53,920 nucleotides of DNA, taken from contig CALSCP010000388.1 of NCBI GenBank assembly GCA_943704425.1, positions 1-53,920 on the forward strand, in the 5' to 3' direction. This stretch comes from Ministeria vibrans ATCC 50519. Lineage: Eukaryota; Protista; Filasterea. Made by a program: the position numbers and the translations under genes. Shown piece by piece: positions 25,702 to 39,500 of the stretch. Each line of letters starts with the position of its first letter. Position 1 is the stretch's first letter. The notes beneath the pieces are model-generated. The model saw only the letters and a list, made by a program, of their open reading frames with translations, searched no databases and was not told where the DNA came from.

Positions 25702-27724
25702 ATGGATCGCGACGAGTTTGAATTTGAGGCGTGGCTCAATGACGAATTGGCGTCCGCCGCGGCAACGGCCACTGTGCCGGACAGCGTGTCCGTGGCGCTC
25801 GACGACCTTGACGACCTTGATGGCGACGACTTTGTCAAGTCCAGTGCGGGCGTAATGGAGGATCCGGAGCAGTCGGTGGAGTGTAGAGTCGACAGAGAGA
25901 AGCGGTGTCGTAGCAACACTGAAACAAACACCATGGTTGCCGTCTTCCTGCGCTCGGCGTCCTCTAGCGTCTCCCACCGCATGGCTGCTATTAAAAGGGA
26001 TATTGAAGAAGCGTCGCGTGGAAAAGAGAACGCTAGCGGGGACGTGGCGACGAGAGAAGACGAAGACGGAGTTCAAGCAGTCGTTGCGGCTTTGCAACTC
26101 GATCGTCAGCTTGAAAATGCCCGCAAGGATCCCGTCCAATTCAGGTGCCTATTTATCGACACGTTGATGGTGCTGTCTGAGTTATTGGAGGGGGGGTTCT
26201 AAAGAAAGTGCGTATTTTGATCATGTGTAGGGCTGTGCTATTGAGGGCGGCGCTGTCGGACGGTGACGTGGGCCGTCGCGGCTGTGTTGCCAAGGCCATG
26301 CTTGCCCTCGACCAAGAACGGGAGGAAGTTGCGCGCGAGGAACGAATACGTCAAGAACAGCGTCAGCAGCGTCGATTACAACAACAACAACAACAACAAC
26401 AACAGCAACAACAACAACCCAACGTCATTCGTAGTGTTGTTGATGTTGATGACGTACTGGACAGTAGGAGTGCAGACAATGTCATGTCTGCGTTGGAAAA
26501 GCGTCTACAGGAGGCCGAGGAGCAGGTGAAGCGGGCACAGCAGGTTGTCGAGTGTGCATCGCAGCACGCAAAGTTGGAGAGCGAGCGGTTGGCACGGGCT
26601 GTGCAAGAAGAGGAAGAATGGAGGAGGGAGCGGGAAGGGTATGCGAGTCAATTGGAAGAGCGACTGCACGAGCAGCAACGCAACGAGAAGATCTGGAACA
26701 GCTGGGTGAGTGCTTGGCGGAGTGAACTGCGAGCCACAATGGAGAGCGCTACGAGTGAGTTGGATGCGCTGGTGGCGCGCAAAGAGGGTCTGGCTCAAGC
26801 ACTGTTGGAAACGCAACAACAGGGCCAAGAGCGAACAGTGCAGCTTCAACGGGCACTGAAAGACCAAGAAAGAGCCGTGCAGGCACAGCACAATACAACA
26901 GAGTGTCTGCGTACGAGACGGATACTTCTGTTTGAGCTTGACTGTACCTTGACACTGATTGAAATGCGTTTGGCGGGCCGACAGGCGCAACGACTGGCGT
27001 ACGAGCAGACTAGTGTGCAACTGATGGAGCGCAGTCGACGAGTGGACGATCATCTGAGGGCGGCTGGGTTGCGTGTGGAGAAGGCGCGAGTGGATGTGGA
27101 GCGTGGAGTTGAGCGAGGGAGACGCACGAAGGAGTTGCTTGAAAGGAAACAGGTGCAACTGGAGAGTGTGTGCAGTGCACGCGACGAATGGCACAGAAAA
27201 CGAGACCAAGTGCGACGGAGAGTGAAAGAAATGGAAGAAATTGTGCGCCAAAGGAAGGCACAGGAACGAACGGATGAAGCAGAGTTTGTCGCAGTCGATG
27301 TGAGTACGTTGACTGTTTCCACTGAGCTAATAGGCGTCAAAATGCCAGAGATCAATGCGGCCGAGTGTCCCGCAGGGGAGACGAAGAAGGAAGAGGGAAG
27401 TTACGAAATGGAAGAGCTGTACTTAAAACGGATGGCACAGGCACAGGCACGACAAGGCGCAACGCGTCACGCGCGCATTGCCATGACAACAGACCACAAT
27501 ACGCACCAGAGCCGCAGTGTCAATAGTATTACTCGGACCAAGAGAGCCCCACACACTCAAGTTCCCTCTACACTGCCCTCTCTCGTTGCCGTGAAAAAGG
27601 TATCTCCTTTAAAATCAGCTGGTGTGAGTGTCTTTTTAATATGCTTATCGGGGTGTAGGAAAAGCGCGCTGAGACTGTTCAGCCAAAAAGGCAAAGCAAT
27701 ATCAGGTTACCAAAAATTGTGTAA
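25702..27724 (+). CDS. Long coiled-coil protein with polyQ, function unknown
   Basis: Exons ~25702-26144, ~26231-27623 and ~27659-27724. E/R/Q/L heptad-rich. The spliced end is EKRAETVQPKRQSNIRLPKIV*. Confidence 0.65.
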
Positions 27725-27785
27725 GAACTAAGACTTGAACTTTCTTGTATACATTATACATAAATAAATATATTTTACTGTTTAT

Positions 27786-28474
27786 TCATTCAGGATTAGG
27801 CAACTTGATTTGCACCTTTTCATCATTTTCATCAAGTCCATAGAAATCAACAACGCCTAAATGTCAATCATAAATATTGGAACAACTATGACAAGTCTGT
27901 TTGTTTTTTCACTTTTACCTGTCGCTCTGAGTTTCATGAGCATCTCACCCAGCTCGTCCGCCGCTCGTTCCTTTTCCTCCTGAGTCATACCCTCTGTGGC
28001 AAAGGGCAGTCGCACTGGTTCACGTGCGCCCGTTACAGGATTTAAATTTGCAGTTGTCGTTGTGAGGCTATCATCATTGTCTTCGTCGGCGCTTGAGTCG
28101 TCATCCGACCACGCAGGGTTAAGCTCGACCATGTCGCGAGTGCCTGCGGTATCACAAAGCAGCCCCCGTGCCTGCAACAGCCCCGCCGCATTGCCAAACC
28201 CAAGGTGGCGCACCAGACGGTCACTGTTGTGTTTGAGCAGCGCAAACAGCAGCTCCGTTGCACCACGGTGCAACTCCTGCGACACCGTGTCGCTAATCAG
28301 CCGCAGGATGTGTCCCTTCAAAGCACATACGCATACGCATAGGTGAGATCAACCATGTATACTCAGAGAGAGAGAGTTTGAGAGAGTTTGAGAGAGAGAG
28401 TTTGAGAGAGAGAGTTTGAGAGAGTTTGAGAGAGTTTGAGAGAGTTTGAGAGAGTTTGAGAGAGAGAGAGAGAG

Positions 28475-28531
<57 letters not shown>

Positions 28532-30012
28532 CAAAGAGACACAGTCTTTAGAACTCTCCCTATCGCTTTGTTTCTATCACTTGGGGGGGTTTTTTTTGTT
28601 TTTTTTTGCTACCAGAGGCCCTGGACGTCGCTCGGGGCGCACCGTGCGATCAACGGTGCTGAGGGGTGGGAGCACAATGGCCTTGAGTGTCTTGCGGAAG
28701 ACACGCGATGAATAGACAACGAGGCGCACGGTAAAAAGCAGCGGAAGCAGTGTCGCCGACTCGATTTCAGACAAATGGCGATGGGTCGTGCGATCGCGCG
28801 CATCAAGTTGACTCAGATACGACGTGAGACGCAGCACAAGCGCATCGCGGACAGTCGGAGTGTCACCCAGATGCGCCGCACACCCGCTGGGACTGTTCAT
28901 GGTCACCTGAATCGCTAGCTCAATAGTGTTGGCCGCAATACCCGGCGTGTACTCGACACTCAAAATGGTCTCCAGTGCGCGTGTGAGTGCCGTGAAAAGT
29001 CGCTCTTTCGCCCCTTCGCTCACTTGTTCACTACGACACATAAAATAAAGCCATTCGGTCCACACACACACACACACACACATACATACACACATACTTT
29101 CGAGAGACACCAAATATAAGGCGAAGGAGCTCGGGAAGGAGAGACCACTCGTGGACAGGACGCTGTGCAATGGAGTCAATGAGGGAACAGGGCGAGCCAC
29201 AGTCGGTGTTAAGAAGCGCCTCGACGAGACGTGCATGTTCGACGTGATCTGCGTCCACCGCACCACTCACAAGAAGAGTGTACAGAATGCGGCAGGTGAA
29301 AAAAACGGATTCTATACCAACTGGGTCAATATCGATTGTACTGTGTTTGTGTTGCGTCCTGTTTTCTGTGCAGCTTTTGTTTACCACTCGTTGTGTTTGG
29401 AAACTTGGTGAAGATTTTGAGGAGTTTGGTGACTCCACCAACAGCAAAGAGTGCCGCCTGAACTGTGGTCTGACCGTGGACAGCATTCATGAGACACTTG
29501 ACAGCGTTCTCTTCGACAAGCGCGTCCGCAGTGGTCTCACCAATGTGCTTCACAATTGCTTGCAAACCCTTATAGTATAAAGAGAACGTTGAATGGTTAT
29601 GGAAAGAGCGCCACAGCACGTGCGCCACGATCACACACTGGATACCGTTGGCTCATGAAGACAACCCAGGCTGCTGCGCTCGCGACTTAGCAAGCGAAGC
29701 GTGTTTAAGAGCGCGGCCCAAACTGCGTTTCGCGCGTCGCTCGCCAGAGAGCCCTGTACGACAGCCAAGGCGCCACTGATGATGTCCTACGGAGGAGGAC
29801 AGCACGAGGGAAGTCAGCAGATGCCACGGTGCACCGCCCAGGAGCAGTACCAGCTTGCGCGCGGGTGTGAGGGAGGGAAAGACGAAACTCGATGCGTTTG
29901 CGCTGTTCCACTCCTGCACCGCAACCAGCGCCTTTTCCACCCCTGCTTCATCCACCGCCGATTCGTCTGCTACCCCAACCAAGCTCGACAGAAATGCCAC
30001 GCTCTCGTTCAT
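27786..30012 (-). CDS. RIC8: Ric-8/synembryn (G-alpha chaperone and GEF)
   Basis: AVKCLMN; ELLFALLKHNSDRLVRHLGFGNAAGLLQARGL; acidic SDDDSS; NLNPVTG; EGMTQEEKERAADELGEMLMKL. Confidence 0.9.
28366..28480. repeat. Intronic GAGAGAGTTT-type minisatellite in Ric-8
   Basis: Tandem (GA)nGTTT units. Confidence 0.85.
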
Positions 30013-30272
30013 GTGTTATTTATCAATAGGAGTGTGAAGAGTCAATAGTCAATCGTGTATTAGTTTACAAATAATTATTTACACAATGTAAATTGAACGA
30101 ATAAATTTCGTTCGATTTATGATTCGTTTGTTCTCATCTCAATTTGTTCTTGTGTGAGTTGCGAATGATCGTTGAGAATACGGATAATTTCATGATGACT
30201 TTAATATAATAATAATAGGAAGAAGCAAAAGCGTCCCCCACAAATACACGAGTCGACCCAACTCAAGACGCA

Positions 30273-30509
30273 TCACTCGCCAATGGTGGCCGTTGTGATG
30301 ATTGTGTCGGTGTCGTCCCACCTGGTCCAGCCACCCCCAAAGCTGAATCCTCCCTTCCACTTTCCATCTGCTTTGAACTCGTCGGGGTTCAACACAGTCT
30401 TCTCCTCGTACATTTGCTTGGCGGTCTTTCCCGCAGCGACCGCAGGCGAAGTCTACATGCAAAAAATCCATCAGACACACGCATAATTGATAATAATAAA
30501 AATAATAAA

Positions 30510-30546
<37 letters not shown>

Positions 30547-30568
30547 TAATAATAACAATAATAATAAC

Positions 30569-30600
<32 letters not shown>

Positions 30601-32948
30601 ACACACATATACATGTTACGAATGTACGTACAAAAGTCGGGAGGTCTTCATCGGCGCCCTGGTAGACATTGGTGTCGCCGGCATCAAGAGAGCCGGGGGC
30701 AGGGGCGGAACTGAGTTGTACCATGATGGGCCCGTCCTTGTCCTTGCTCTTGCGCTTGGGCAGGGGCGGCGGGGCATTACTGCTCCGTCGGTCCTTCTTC
30801 TCCGACTTCTTCTTCTCCAAGACCAGGTTAGGGTCACCCAGCAAGTCCGTTCTGTAGTCGTACAGCGGCTCGTCTCCATCCCCCGTTGTCTTTGACTCCT
30901 CCTCCTTTTCAATCATGCGAAACTTCTGCAGCAGACTCATAGGACGCGCACTATCTCGCTTGCGCCGTCGTCGCTCACCCCTGGGCGACCCAACGCCAGA
31001 AACAGGCGGTGCAGGTGACGTTGGATGCGATACTGAGCCTTCGTCTCCACCAATTGATGTGCGCGATCCTTCCCCTTCCCCATCCTCTTCCGCCTTCTTC
31101 TCCCCCAACATCTTATCGAGAAACTTGCGTCCCAGCGTCTTCGGCTTGACCTTCTTCTCCGCCTTGCGCTCCTCCTTCTCGCGTTCTCTTTCCTCCTTCT
31201 CGAGTTCCCTCTCCTCCTTCTCGCGCTCCTTCTCACGCTCCCTTTCGCGTACCCTCTCCTCCTTCTCGCGTGCCCTCTCCTCACGCCGCCCTGCACGCTC
31301 GCGCTCACGAGACTTGCGCTGTCCACTGCGACTCGACGGCCGTTTCGGGTTCACTGCGGGCGGTGGTTCATCTGGCCCGTTGTTCGCCTCGTTCTCAGCC
31401 AATGCTTCTGCTGCATCCGTGCCCGTCGCTCGCGTATAGCTGTTGCGCAAGGGCGGTACAGCTGGCGGTGACATCATGACACCGTTGCTTGTCGTCGTGT
31501 AGGCGTCGACTGTCGGGAGTGCTGGCAATGACCGTTTGCCTTTGCGCGTTGCTCTTTTTCCTTGCGGCGAATCTAATAATTCGGCATGTCGCTTCTCCTC
31601 CATATTTGCCTCCACCTCGTTCGCCTCCTCTGCCGTCACCGATGCAATAATCGTTGCGTACGTTGTCTTCTCGTTCGACACCGTAAACTCTTTGGGCTCC
31701 TTGCCCGGACGAAACACCGCTCGTTTCGATTCCAGTCGCTCAACACGGCTCTTTTCCTCTCTCTCTCTCTCTGCCTCCATTGCTGCCTCTGGGTTGTACT
31801 CAACCACCGGTGCTTCGTTGAAAATGTCGTCGGCCTCATTGTCTCCCTCAACCATTTCATCAATCACAACGCTATGCACAAACAAAAGACCAAGTAAGAA
31901 ATGTGTCTTCAGGACATGTTCACGCACTAGTACACACACACACACACACACAGGGAGAGAGACACAGGGAGAGCACAACAAAGTGGGAGAGAGAGAGAAG
32001 AAAGAAACAAAGAACGAACCAAAATAAGAGAGTAACAGAGCGAGAGAGAAAGAGAGCGAGAAGCAAAGTGATAACAAACAGAGCAAGCACGAAACAAAGT
32101 AAGAAGCAAGGATAGCAAACGAGAAGCAATGAGAGAGAGAGAGAGAGAGCAAACTGAAAATCGCATTGTTGCAATGGTTGTGACGTCGGACGTGACACAC
32201 ACATCTCAAAAAACGCCCTGTTTGCCCCGAGAGCCCTTGCGCATTCCTTGATACCCAGACCCACCCACATGCCATGGTGTATTGAGATGTAGAGCAGTGG
32301 AGATGCGCGCGGAACGGGAATCAGCGGTGCGAGAGTCAAGATGTGCCAAAAAAAAAAAAAGAAGAAAAAAAAACGAAAAGGGGAAAGAGGGGAAAGAGAT
32401 CGTTGTAAGTGATTGTAGGTACCCTTCGGTGTCCAGAGCTGTAGTGCAGTCAACGTTGGATGCATTCGTCGAGAGATTTGATGGATTCTGAGAAGGAGGA
32501 CAGACAAAAAGCGGAAACGTAGAGACGGGGGTAGGTCAACGAGTGACGTAACAAGTTTTTCGCTAAGAGATCTCACCTCGTCCTCTTCAGCGACTGCACT
32601 GGGGTGCTTTCTCATCGCAGCAATCCCATTCTGTGTGTGTGAGGCGGTGGGGAGCGTTTGGGTTCGCGAGACGGACGTGCGGCGGTTGTCGGAGTCGCGA
32701 CGGGGCGGCGGAGGAATGTCCAGCGACGCGTTGGTCAGTGTGTGGGCGGGGCGCGGCGGCGCGGTGAAGACGGGCTCGCCAAGCGCCTCGCTCTCCGTCA
32801 CATAGCTTGGGCGACTTTGGACAATAAAGTCGGAATTGGAGCGCTGTACTTTCGAGCCGCGCTTCTTGCCCACACTCTTGGGCTTCTCAGCCTCCGCTGC
32901 CTGCACAACGGATGCCCTCTTCTTACGCCGGCGCGCAAGAAGACCCAT
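30273..32948 (-). CDS. Uncharacterised, largely disordered protein with a basic N-terminus, Pro-rich motifs and an E/R/K charged helix; 4 exons
   Basis: Exons ~32948-32577, ~32488-32424, ~31872-30633 and ~30453-30273 keep the frame across GT-AG junctions. No domain recognised. Confidence 0.65.
30490..30599. repeat. Intronic (AAT)n microsatellite
   Basis: Directly visible; it produces the spurious poly-I/L/N ORFs. Confidence 0.9.
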
Positions 32949-33088
32949 GATATGAAATAAATTTGATCGCGGTTTTGTGTCTCAGTGTCTGACAAGTTGA
33001 GACACGTTTCCTGTCATGGTTTAAAAATAATCATAATAATTATTATTGCTCTCCCTTCTTCATTCGCAGTGGTTCACTCTGCACTCAC

Positions 33089-36000
33089 ATGGCTCCTCGT
33101 CGGGCTTTCGCCTACTGCGTACTTCTGGGTCACCCAGATGACGCGAGCCCAGGTAAAGAATGCACGTTTCAAACAGGCGACACGACCGCGGATGACAAGT
33201 TTGTGTTGTTTCTCTGGTTTTAACTCCCCACTCTCTCCTTGCAGACGTCGAACCTCAAGTGCTCTTCCGCTACCCCGCCACAGACCATGCAGACGTAGCG
33301 TTGCCCGACAATCTTGTGGCCTTTTGTCTTGTGGATCCGCCAGAAGCGCCCGTCAACATCCACCCATCAGTCTTTGCGCCGTCGCCGCGCTTCTTTGCCA
33401 CCATTCTCACCGACGTGAACGGCAAGCGCCTCTACTGCGGCGTCCTTCAGTACACCCATGCTTCAAGTCGCGGCCACGGGCTTTTGCCTCGCTCTCTCTG
33501 TCTCCTCTCCGAGTACTCCATGTTTGACGCGATGCGCTCCATTACCACCTACCTCTTCGGCTCGTTTGCTCTCGCGCCATCCACACACTCCGGATCGTTG
33601 TCGTCGTCGTCGTCGACGACAACGATAGGCACCTCCTCAACTACCCTCGTCTCCGCCACCATTGCCACCGACGAGGCTCTCGACGCGGCGCCCGATGGCG
33701 AAGATGCTGATGGCCAGACGTGCTCCAACACTCGCAACTCTTTGCAGACCCTGCGTGGCCTCTCCCACACACCTCGATCCCACAATCAGCAATTCAAAGA
33801 CAAGTCTAAAATGCTCTTCATTGCCATCTCGCGTCTCATCGACCGCGCCCGGCTCGTGCCCGGCTGTCGCACTCATTTGCACATTGGTCGTCAACTCACA
33901 CCCATTTTTTTACCGCCTCTCAATCGTGACACCATCGGCACCTCCGCCCCGGTTCTACCCCTCTTTCGTGCGCTTCCCATTCAAGACGTGCTCACTCTCA
34001 TTTCGGCCATCTTCACCGAGCAACGCATTGTGTTCCGCGCCGACTCCTACTGGCGTGTCGCCGAGGCCACCGAAGCTCTCATGACCTTGCTCCACCCCTT
34101 TCGCTTCCAGCACGTCTACATTCCCGTACTGCCAGGCGCTCTCCTTGACATTCTTGGCGCCCCAACGCCCTTTGTCGTCGGCATCCACGCCTGCTTTAGC
34201 GACGCACCACACGAGTTTAATCATCACAACGACTCGAGCAACACCAACAACGGCAGCGGTGGTGGTCGCTCATCGTTTGCCTTTCAGCAGCCTACACGCA
34301 CGCGTACATTTGAGGAAGCATTTCCCGACGTAACCGACGTCCTGGTGGTCGACCTGGACCTCCACACGCTCACCGTTCCCGACTCGTGTCTCATGGAGAT
34401 TCCGCCTCTGAGCGAGCCGTATGCGTCGCGTGTGCACTCGTTTGTCGAATTCATTCTCGAGCCGGACGCATGCAACGCCGACACCGCGTTTCGCCTGCCC
34501 GACTCCCATGCGGTAACACACTCACCGCACGACCAAAACCTGGCTCTGCGTGCCGTCTTCCTTGAGATGTTTGCGTCGCTCTTTGGCGCCTTCCGCGACC
34601 ACTTGCTCTTCGTTCGTGTTCATCCTCAGCCCGTCGTGCTTTTTGACGCCAACAGCTTCCTCCATGCCTTTGTTGTGCGCCACGGCCTCCCATACCAGTC
34701 CGCTTCGAGCAACACCATCAACAAGTCGGGCGTCATTGACTTAGCCTCGGTCGAGAACGACACGCGTCAACTTCAGCGTCAGTCGGGTGCCAACATTTTC
34801 GGCATGTCCCCACTCCCCGTGCGCCTTCCCACCACCACCGAGGGCACACCTGACGTCGATTCCACCTCTGTCGACACCCGCTTTATCATTGCTGCCCTGC
34901 AGAGCATCTCCTTCAACGACTTCATTGATCGCTATGGCGCGCCCAGTCTAACCTCACGTCTTTTTGACGGCTTCATCGACCACGCAAACCAGCTGCGCGA
35001 CCAGATTGACCAGCACGCTCGTTCTCTCTACCACTACACGCAACAACATGCTGACAGCAGTGTCACGGCTGGCACCGACGCCCAGGGCAACCCAACACTC
35101 CTGCTGAGCAGCGGCATCTCGCGCGATTCCTCCTCCACTACACAGAGTGACAGTCTGAGCACGAGCACTCCGAGTCCCGGTCGCTCGCGCCCTTCCTCCA
35201 TGGTCTCGTCATATTCCGCCGCTAAGCGCGCCCTCTCGTCGTTCAACTCGCAATCAGCTCCCTCCGATGGCGGCGGTTCTTCCATAGGGGAGTTCGTCTC
35301 GCAGACTGTCGCCAAGCTTCACGAAGAGACGGCGCGCTCGGCGGCTGCTACTCGTCAGTTGTCCCTTCAACTTCTTGTGCCTAGTCTCGCTGATTGCACT
35401 CGAGCCGGTCTGCCCCACATTCACGAACAGGTGCGCGAGCTCAGCAAACTCGTCGAACCTGGCACAATCGGGCCCGACATCAAACTGGTTCTGCCGCCTG
35501 GCGCGCAACCCGACGCCTCTTTGCTTGTGCCGGGCGCCACCCTTCCCTCGCTCATTGTCAGTGGTACCGATGATGCGAACAATGTCGAAGTGTACCTCGC
35601 GGAAGACCTCGATGATCATGCAGGCGCCCATCGTGTTGACTCGGTCGAGGGCGCCAATACAGATGACGAGATCGCAGTGGCGGCGAGTGTCGCAGCTGCA
35701 ATCGAGTCTACACTGGACGACGCAAGCCCCGAATCCCTGCCCATGTTCGCCAAGTTTGCGCTCAAGCATGTCGAGCGCGAATCTGACTTTCCCATTGGTG
35801 ACCAGGCAACGGCCGACACGGTGCGCCGGTGTCTCGTGTCACTCTTCTCGTCGGCGACCGCCACCAATCGCGAAGAGCTAGAGCATCGTGCAGGTCTCAT
35901 GATTCCCGTGCTTCGGCGTCTCTTCCGCGACGAGTGGGTGCGCGTCTTTTTTGCACGCGAACTCGAACAGTACTCAAGTGCTCACAAGAACCTCCGACTG

Positions 36001-36425
36001 GAGCAGTTCCACTTGCTGGTGCGTCTCGTCAACTGTGTACTGCGCGACGAAAGCGATGCTCTCTGCTCGAACCGCGCCTCACAACTACTCCTTCCGCTTC
36101 TCTCCATCTTCTACCACGATCTCAACGGCACCCCCGAGTGTCTCTACTTCCGCACGAGCGACCATGTGGTCTTTCAGGACACTACCTTTTGGACGACCAC
36201 TTTTTTCATGCGCCTTCAAACGGCCCTTGGCCACCACTACCTCATGCGCTCCCAGGCGGATCTCGCGCGCGAAGTCGCTCGCACCCTTGACGACGAAGCG
36301 GTCCGTCGCGATGTGGTGCGTGCCGAAGAGGAGGTCGTGTACATTCAAATCACCGTCCTGGTCAGCCAGGTCATCTGGTCCGGTCTTGGCGACGAATTTG
36401 CCTTGAGAGTAATCAGAATATTTAC

Positions 36426-36518
<93 letters not shown>

Positions 36519-36526
36519 NNNNNNNN

Positions 36527-36585
<59 letters not shown>

Positions 36586-39500
36586 TTTGTGGTGTGTGTG
36601 TGTGTGTCTTTGTGGCGTGTGTGCGTGTATACGTTTGGTGTGTCGTCTTAATTTTAATTGTGAAACGACTCTCTCTATCTTTTTTCCTTCCATCTTAGGT
36701 ATTGGATGACATTGGCTCGTCGAACACATTGTCTACGAAACAACTGGAGGAAGCGCAAATTTTGGCACAACAGATTGATATGGCCTATCAAAAGTCATTT
36801 GATGTGATACGCAAGGAACGCCAGCGAATCGACGGCTCGCTTAACACGGATCGCTTGCAACCACCACGTCTGGTCGCACGCGAGCTCTTCTTGCACCACC
36901 AACGACAGGTTGTGTGTCTGGTGGAACGTGAGAGTGTTTCGGGGGTTGCCAGGCAGACGGTGCCGACTGTACCTTCGGCGGGCCCCTTGCAGCCTCGTCA
37001 CTCAGTCGCGTTTGCGTCTCCGTCCACCGCCACTGCGAGTGGCGCAGTCAGTTCGCTTGCTGTGGCCGTGGGCGGCGCCAACTCGTCGTCGCTTGTGTGT
37101 GCGCTCGGTTCCCTGTACATTACCAACTACCGTATTATATTTCGCGGCTACGTCAGCAGTGCAAGTCCCGCTGCAGCGTCAACCACCAGTGGTGGCCCTG
37201 AGAGTGCCTCGACACCCGACTCGCGCTCGTCGAAAGCCGTTGTGGAACGTTCCATTCCGTTGCACAGCATCATTCGTTTGCGTCGCATGCCCTCCGCCTT
37301 TCTTCCCGATCTCGATGTGTGGGCTGAGGGTCTCGAACTTCAGTCGGCGCTCTTTCACCAGCTGCGTGTGTGTGTGCTCGACGAGGGCGATCAGGGCTTC
37401 ACCGTCGAGACGCTCGGGTCGTTTCTGATTGGTCGCATTTTTCATGTTGACACACTCGCACTGTTTGCTTTTGCACCCAGCGAGCAGCAGCATCACCACC
37501 GTCATACGGAGGCATCGCTAGTAGGCACAGTGGGAGCAGCTCAGTCAACGATGACACCGATGGCTGCTTCAGCATTGGCTGTCGAGGGTGAGAGTAGTGC
37601 CCTTTCGTCGCCGCATGGCAGCTTGGATGTCACTAGTGGCGAAGGATCAACAGCACGAGGCTCGAAGAGTGCGTCGTCCACTGTTGTTGGCAGTGAGCTG
37701 CATGCAGGCGCTGATGAGAATGTGAGTCAGCGTGGCAGTCGTGTGCTTCTGCGCAACTCGACTGTTGATGACTCTGTGAGTGCACGCAGCTCATTCTCCG
37801 TATCGGGCGAATCCTCGCGCCACAGTGTCTTTTCGGCGCGTCGCGGTCTCGGTCTGCAGCTCACACACCAGCAAGTTGTGCCCGATCGGCTTTCGTCGAC
37901 AGTCAGCGGACGGGGCCCCCGCATCAGCAGCACGTTTGAGGCGTGCAACCGATCGTCGTCGTCTTCGTCGGCATCCGTACTCTCGTCCGCCTCTACCCTC
38001 GCACCTCGCACACCAACCTCGATGCAGACATCGTCGCCCGTCGGCCGACAGGGTACCATGAACACGGCAACATACAACTACCTGATGCGCAAGCGTGACT
38101 ACCACGACAGTCCCACTGGCAGCGGTGGTCTCATGCGTCAGCGTACTATCATTATGGGTGCGGGCCAGTCGATTGGGTCCACCAACAGCCCTGGTGGCGG
38201 CGCAGCTGGGGGTGCTGGCAGCGCGTCATCATCGTCGGCTGCCGCTGCAGCCGCTGCTGCTGCCGCAGCCAACGCCGCCGCTGTCTCAGCGTCGTCGTAC
38301 GCGTCACTCACGCCCATTGAGGGCCCCGTGTTGCTGTTGAACAAGTCGTTCCCCATTCCCTTGACTCTTCTCGATCCTGATCAGTGCATCGAAGGTTACG
38401 AGCGCCATGGCGTTGCTGTGACCATTGTGAGCAATGCCGACGAGCAGTTGTGGACCGAGGTGGATCGAGAAGTGGTCAATGCGCGAGCGCACAAAGCCTT
38501 TGCGCCATGGCGCATGAGCTCTGTGAATGTCAACTACTCCCTCTCTTTCTCTTTCCCCCCCTGCCTTGTGGTGCCCAAGAGTCTGACTGACGTCGAGTTG
38601 CGTGCCGTTGCGACGTGTTTCCGTCAGAATCGCATTCCGGTGCTTGCCTGGCAGCATCCTTTCAATCGGAGTGTACTCGTGCGCGGCGCTGCCCTACGCA
38701 AGCCCGAACAACAACAACGCCATGGGCTCGACTCGGATATGGACCCGCAGTCACTGGTGCGCCATGTTCTCTCGAGCGTGATGCTTGCTACGCCGCGAGG
38801 CCAGGACGCCGACAACTGGAGCAATGTTCCGGCACTCTATGTGATGACGCATCGATTCAACTGCCGTCGTGGCGGCGGTCAGACGTGTGAGTCGGGTGGC
38901 TGGGCCAAGGGATTTGCCTCGCTTGACCACGTTGAGTTTCTTTATGTTGACGATGCGTCGTCGCACTACCCACCCGACCTGATCACACTGCGACAGTCAC
39001 GTTCTAAACTTGCCAATGCCTGCTGCGGCGTGACTGCCACTTCCTTCTCGAATGCGGCTACACACTCGTCATCGAGCGACAGCGACTCGACGTTCCTCTC
39101 GGCCGTGCAACAGAGCCATTGGTTGACGCACGTTGCGTCGCTGCTCGAGGCGTCACTTGCAGTTGCGGACCTGATCCACGTGCAAGGTAGCAGTGTCATG
39201 GTCGCACTTGGCGATGGTCGCGACCGTACCACACAGATTGTGAGTCTCGCCCAGATTTTGCTTGACCCGTACCATCGCACCATGCGGGGCTTCCTTGAGC
39301 TGGTGCAGCGTGAATGGCTCAGCTTTGGACATGCCTTCTCGACGCGATGTGCACCCACCTCGGGCGGGCCGATTGTGGCGTCATCAAGCAAGGCAGAGCG
39401 TGGCGTGGGCGCAGCCATGTCGCCCGAGAAGAAGGGTAACGCACGCGGCGGCAAGTATAATGGGCTGCTGGCGACACCCGACACGGACACCGTGGGCTTT

